A stretch of DNA of 48,893 nt, from the IMG/VR virus record IMGVR_UViG_3300043764_000023, positions 1-48,893 of that record; one strand, 5' to 3'. The stretch is from a virus (taxonomy: Duplodnaviria; Caudoviricetes). How positions within the stretch are numbered: the stretch's first letter is position 1; every line of letters starts with the position of its first letter. The notes below the pieces were generated by a model. That model was not told where the DNA came from and searched no databases. It worked only from the letters and a program-made list of their open reading frames with translations. This document shows, in pieces, positions 45,391-48,893 of this stretch. The position numbers were made by a program, and so were the translations under genes.

Positions 45391-45675
45391 ATGACGAAGA
45401 AACCACAAGCAAACAACATCACTGTAAATAATGAGGAAATCACGTACTACCGAATTGACAACGATATCAACGGTAATCCACGCTATGTAGTACACTTTCT
45501 TAGCTTAAATGTAAAATTAGCTGACTATGGAAAAATCAAAGGTCTTACGAAGTATCGTGCTAAATGGTTCGGTGGTGGATATGTATTTCAATCACACAAC
45601 TTAGAATCAGATTTAAACTATTACTTAAAACTAGTTGATAACTATTACAACGAAAAAGGAGCGAAAATAAAATGA
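45391..45675 (+). CDS. Conserved early phage protein
   Basis: NDINGNPRYVVHF...GGGYVFQS; GGAGG RBS. Confidence 0.75.
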   Translation: MTKKPQANNITVNNEEITYYRIDNDINGNPRYVVHFLSLNVKLADYGKIKGLTKYRAKWFGGGYVFQSHNLESDLNYYLKLVDNYYNEKGAKIK

Positions 45676-46040
45676 ATACAATGACAAACATTTTCAAGGC
45701 AAAGGTACAAGACCACATTATCAATTCACTAAGCACAGATGAAACAACGATATTAGTTGACCAGTTACAGACCGTTGTAAATGAGTTTAATAAATGGTAT
45801 TCACCATATGAGCAAAAACGCACACCGAACAAGCAACAAGCTTTCACTGAGTTCCTGAATTGCTTACCATCTTGTATTAATCAAGAGTGGGAATACAGTG
45901 GAATTACTAATACTATGAAATCTTGGTTCGGTTCAGATTATTCAGACCCAAAAAGCAACTCAAAAGAAGCAGAAGCATACTTACATCTAATACACAGAGA
46001 GTTCAAAACACTTTGCAAAAAGAACAATGTTAAATTTTAA
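45672..46040 (+). CDS. Early hypothetical protein
   Basis: 122 aa, AAGGAG RBS. Confidence 0.75.
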   Translation: MNTMTNIFKAKVQDHIINSLSTDETTILVDQLQTVVNEFNKWYSPYEQKRTPNKQQAFTEFLNCLPSCINQEWEYSGITNTMKSWFGSDYSDPKSNSKEAEAYLHLIHREFKTLCKKNNVKF

Positions 46041-46076
46041 GTCACCATATAATAGAAGAAACGGGAGGTAATCACA

Positions 46077-46307
46077 ATGAAGACATATATTATGGAGTGT
46101 TTAGACTTAGGAGAAATTAAGAACATATCAGAACTAGACCTAAGAAAGTGGGCTTTTGAAGTAATGAAAAACAGAGCGGGTCAGGCTGATGATGAGTTAA
46201 CAGAAGAATTTAACGAAGTAATAGCAAAAGGATTCGAAAAATACACTTCTGAACAAGCAATAGAGATTGCAGAGTTATACAACTATGAAATTACGATAAA
46301 ACAGTAG
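46077..46307 (+). CDS. Acidic early hypothetical protein
   Basis: 76 aa, flanked by TAGAAGAAAC direct repeats. Confidence 0.7.
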   Translation: MKTYIMECLDLGEIKNISELDLRKWAFEVMKNRAGQADDELTEEFNEVIAKGFEKYTSEQAIEIAELYNYEITIKQ

Positions 46308-46338
46308 AAGAAACTAGGTCGAATGGAGGTCATGAGAA

Positions 46339-46485
46339 ATGTACGTTGTTCAATTAGTAAACAAAAAAGGCTTCATTGTAGACTACCTGACTTTTCGAAA
46401 AGAAGCCCACGCAAATAGGTTGTCAAAAACTTGGAAAAATCAATACCCGAACTATACCATCCTTATTAACAACGTCATTCAATGA
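46339..46485 (+). CDS. Small early protein (48 aa)
   Basis: GGAGG RBS; MYVVQLVNKKG... Confidence 0.6.
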   Translation: MYVVQLVNKKGFIVDYLTFRKEAHANRLSKTWKNQYPNYTILINNVIQ

Positions 46486-46559
46486 TCTCATGAGGGGGCT
46501 TCATGCCCCTTAGGATACACAAATTGCAGCGGTTTTATAGATACACATTTTCCGCTGAT

Positions 46560-47290
46560 ACGTTTACCTTAAAATAATATTCTTGTTTACGAGATAATTT
46601 AAATACACCTTCGGTATATTATTGTATTCCGACTTGAAAAATAGAAATTCAGCGGAATTTACATGCGAATACACTAATTTGTAAAAATAAAATACAGAAT
46701 ACAAAACTTTTAAAATACGAGCATACACATATAAAGTTTGACGTTTGCATACATGGGCAAAAATACATAAAAAATAGGTCATTTTTGTATGCTGTGCTCG
46801 TTATATTCAAAAAAATAAAGAAACTTCGTTTTTCTTATAAAAAAGAGATTAGGGTAATTTTTCATGAATTATATATATATATATATACATTACATTTGTA
46901 TGCATAAGTCAAATAAAAATATTATCTTTGACATTTTGTCTTTTTGAAAAAAGTATCGACCTCTTTTAAAAATTAAAAAACAAACTTTCTTTTAAAACTT
47001 GAATATAAATATCTACTGTCATACAAACATAAATATAATATAAATTAAATTATCACACTTATCCCATAAACTCATACATCTTTGACAAATAATACTGTAT
47101 TCTTAATCATACAAATACATCTTACTACACAAAAACACCAAAATGTATGACAATATCATATAACTCGCAAAAAATACATCATTACAAAAATAATGTATGA
47201 CAATGTTATCTATTTTTACAATTTTTAAACGAAAAGCTACTACAACTTCTACATACTTATACACTTTTAATAAAATACATTATAAGATAT
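46560..47290. other. AT-rich non-coding region, candidate replication origin
   Basis: (TA)9 at 46870-46887, at least nine CATACA/TGTATG copies, 13-bp direct repeat AATGTATGACAAT. Confidence 0.55.
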
Positions 47291-47297
47291 ATAATAG

Positions 47298-47326
47298 TTG
47301 ACACTTAACACACCACATGGTATATT
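47298..47326 (+). promoter_or_regulatory. Sigma-A promoter
   Basis: TTGACA-17-TATATT with TG extension. Confidence 0.75.
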
Positions 47327-47365
47327 TAATGTAACAAATTGCAGCAAAACAAGGAGGTTACACAA

Positions 47366-47980
47366 ATGGATAAACAGATTTTTGAGATTTTAGGAATTAG
47401 AAACTACCTAAATAACGATCTCGACTGTATGTCGTATTTACTGAATGACTGGGGATTGTCACAGATGACAGTGTCAAAGTTCATAGGTGTTCATCAATCT
47501 AAAATAAGTATTATCGGTTCAACAGTCGGGTTTCCAAAATTAACAGTAGAGCAAAAGCCAACATTTAACACAGGTCAGATAGAGCAATTACTGAGATTAC
47601 CACGCACAATCATTGAGGATATTCCATTAGTTACCTTTGTTCAAGACATTTTAAAGATAGATGCAAAACATCAATTTTTCGGATATTTAGGCAGACCTGC
47701 AATCCGAATGGCAGCCCTCGATAGTCTAGGAATAAAACAAAAGTTCATAGCTGAGTTGTTTGGTAAATCTGCTGGTACAGTTTCAACAAACGTTAACCGT
47801 AACAGAGATAAAGTGAATCAAGAACTACCGAAGAGGTATGACGGAGCTTCGAGCGTTTTAATCGGTGATAAACCTTACCAAACCATTAAAAGAGCTGAAA
47901 ACGCAACAGATAACCCATTATATAGGGCATTAAACCACAATCCATACGCAATTAAAGAACCTAAAATGCCTTGGGATTAA
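47366..47980 (+). CDS. Double helix-turn-helix DNA-binding protein
   Basis: GLSQMTVSKFIGVHQSKIS and GIKQKFIAELFGKSAGTVS; AAGGAGG RBS gives ATG 47366. Confidence 0.65.
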   Translation: MDKQIFEILGIRNYLNNDLDCMSYLLNDWGLSQMTVSKFIGVHQSKISIIGSTVGFPKLTVEQKPTFNTGQIEQLLRLPRTIIEDIPLVTFVQDILKIDAKHQFFGYLGRPAIRMAALDSLGIKQKFIAELFGKSAGTVSTNVNRNRDKVNQELPKRYDGASSVLIGDKPYQTIKRAENATDNPLYRALNHNPYAIKEPKMPWD

Positions 47981-48014
47981 TCAAAAACAATAGAACAATT
48001 GGAGGAACAAAGAA

Positions 48015-48257
48015 ATGAACGAAATCATCAAAACCCTACAAGGCACGATCTCAAGACTACAAGAAGACAATAAGCACCTAGAGGATCGGTTCTTTCAAGA
48101 AACTGAAAAGATACACGTTTTAGAAAAAGTTTTGAAGGAATACAAAGCAAGTCGTAACGAAACAGCTGTGACCGTTCAGCATAATGACAGAGTCATTAGA
48201 CAGCTAGAAACCTATTTAAAACAAATGGAGCTAGTCGCAGCATGTTCACAGTTATAA
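48015..48257 (+). CDS. Coiled-coil hypothetical protein
   Basis: 80 aa, GGAGG RBS. Confidence 0.7.
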   Translation: MNEIIKTLQGTISRLQEDNKHLEDRFFQETEKIHVLEKVLKEYKASRNETAVTVQHNDRVIRQLETYLKQMELVAACSQL

Positions 48258-48343
48258 TAAAGATAATAACCGTCATAGGTTTTGCGATTTCACCAGTTAT
48301 TGCATCTATCATCATTGATAAACGCATGAAACACTATAAATAA
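48242..48343 (+). CDS. Small TM peptide (33 aa)
   Basis: MFTVIIKIITVIGFAISPVIASIIIDKRMKHYK; GGAG upstream. Confidence 0.4.
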   Translation: MFTVIIKIITVIGFAISPVIASIIIDKRMKHYK

Positions 48344-48367
48344 GAGGGCAAAGGGGAGAGTAACAGT

Positions 48368-48893
48368 ATGAAAATGCTTGAAATATTTGCAGGAACTAGG
48401 TCAATGGCTGATACATTCGAAAGAAACGGATTCGAAGTATTCACAATCGAACTAGATACAGTTCACCCACGAATTGATTTATATGAGGACATTTTAAACG
48501 TAACAGCGGATATGATCCTTGAAAAGTTCGGAAGACCTGACGTAATTTGGGCGAGTCCAGTTTGCACATCTTACAGTATTGCAGCAATTAGTACGCACAG
48601 AACAAGGGAAGTTGATGGTAACCTAGCTCCTAAGACGGAATACGCTGCATACTCAGACAGAATGACTCAGCACACAATTAACTTAATTAAAGAACTAAAC
48701 CCTACATACTACTTCATCGAAAACCCTAGAGGTGGTATGCGTAAAATGAACTTCATGCAGGAGCTACCTAGATACACAGTTACGTATTGCCAGTACGGAG
48801 ATACACGAATGAAGCCAACAGATATATGGACGAATCATCCAGATCCTCAGTTTAAACCAATGTGCAAAAACGGTATGCCTTGCCACGAAGCAG
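48368..48893 (+). CDS. Second allele of the 202-846 methyltransferase (runs off the window end)
   Basis: Same protein with mostly synonymous changes; different upstream context. Confidence 0.85.
   Translation, partial: MKMLEIFAGTRSMADTFERNGFEVFTIELDTVHPRIDLYEDILNVTADMILEKFGRPDVIWASPVCTSYSIAAISTHRTREVDGNLAPKTEYAAYSDRMTQHTINLIKELNPTYYFIENPRGGMRKMNFMQELPRYTVTYCQYGDTRMKPTDIWTNHPDPQFKPMCKNGMPCHEA

Larger units (their letters stand above)
601..48766. mobile_element. Complete circularly closable Bacillus-type phage genome (podovirus-like), ~48,166 bp
   Basis: Full set of replication, packaging, head, short-tail, ejection and lysis genes; no tape measure; Firmicutes RBSs (GGAGG) and sigma-A promoters; end overlaps 601-727. 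Confidence 0.85.

Noticed and set aside
529-46782. Numerous 60-125 aa antisense or out-of-frame ORFs in the track (e.g. 529-756, 12628-13005, 15466-15780, 38191-38436, 46564-46782)
   Set aside because: They overlap well-supported genes or the origin, and lack RBSs and motifs.
44669-47087. Spo0A boxes (TTTGACA) and DnaA boxes in the early/origin region
   Set aside because: Only mismatched matches, mostly coinciding with -35 hexamers; expected by chance in AT-rich DNA. No parS palindrome was seen.
3375-48012. Recurrent AAACAAWTGGAGG as a repeat element
   Set aside because: Best explained as an A-rich enhancer plus Shine-Dalgarno of highly expressed genes.
48368-48893. Biological direct terminal repeat
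   Set aside because: Copies differ at many synonymous sites and upstream; exact identity is limited to 127 nt, typical of an assembly overlap.

Overview
The window is an essentially complete (~48.2 kb) genome of a Bacillus-type tailed phage with podovirus-like virion genes. The last 127 nt are identical to 601-727, so the unique circle is about 601-48766, and 1-600 is probably a divergent allele from a co-assembled relative. The + strand carries the early/host-takeover genes (44.7-48.9 kb), two C5 methyltransferases, dUTPase, a SNF2 helicase, a Cas4-like nuclease, a Sak4-like ATPase, a DUF669 SSB, two HNH endonucleases, a primase-MCM helicase fusion, PolA, a sigma factor, a RuvC-like resolvase, ThyX and PhoH. 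The - strand carries the terminase, portal, scaffold, capsid, adaptor, nozzle, fibres, ejection proteins, the lysis cassette and an FtsK/relaxase operon. No integrase, CI-type repressor, tRNA or CRISPR array was recognised. The most notable observations are: (1) a 410-nt non-coding array at 10330-10735, made of palindromic repeats that enclose three cargo RNAs in ~25-bp G-U-containing stems, each with an AGGU motif; (2) a GGGAAAG -1 frameshift that would fuse a lytic transglycosylase to an ejection protein; (3) sigma-E and sigma-F/G consensus promoters, CodY-like boxes and several orphan sRNA units, suggesting a sporulation-coupled programme that includes an FtsK + relaxase module; (4) an iteron-like AT-rich origin next to a double-HTH gene; and (5) gene cassettes with shared boundary sequences. 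All calls come from reading motifs by eye. No database search or folding computation was run.
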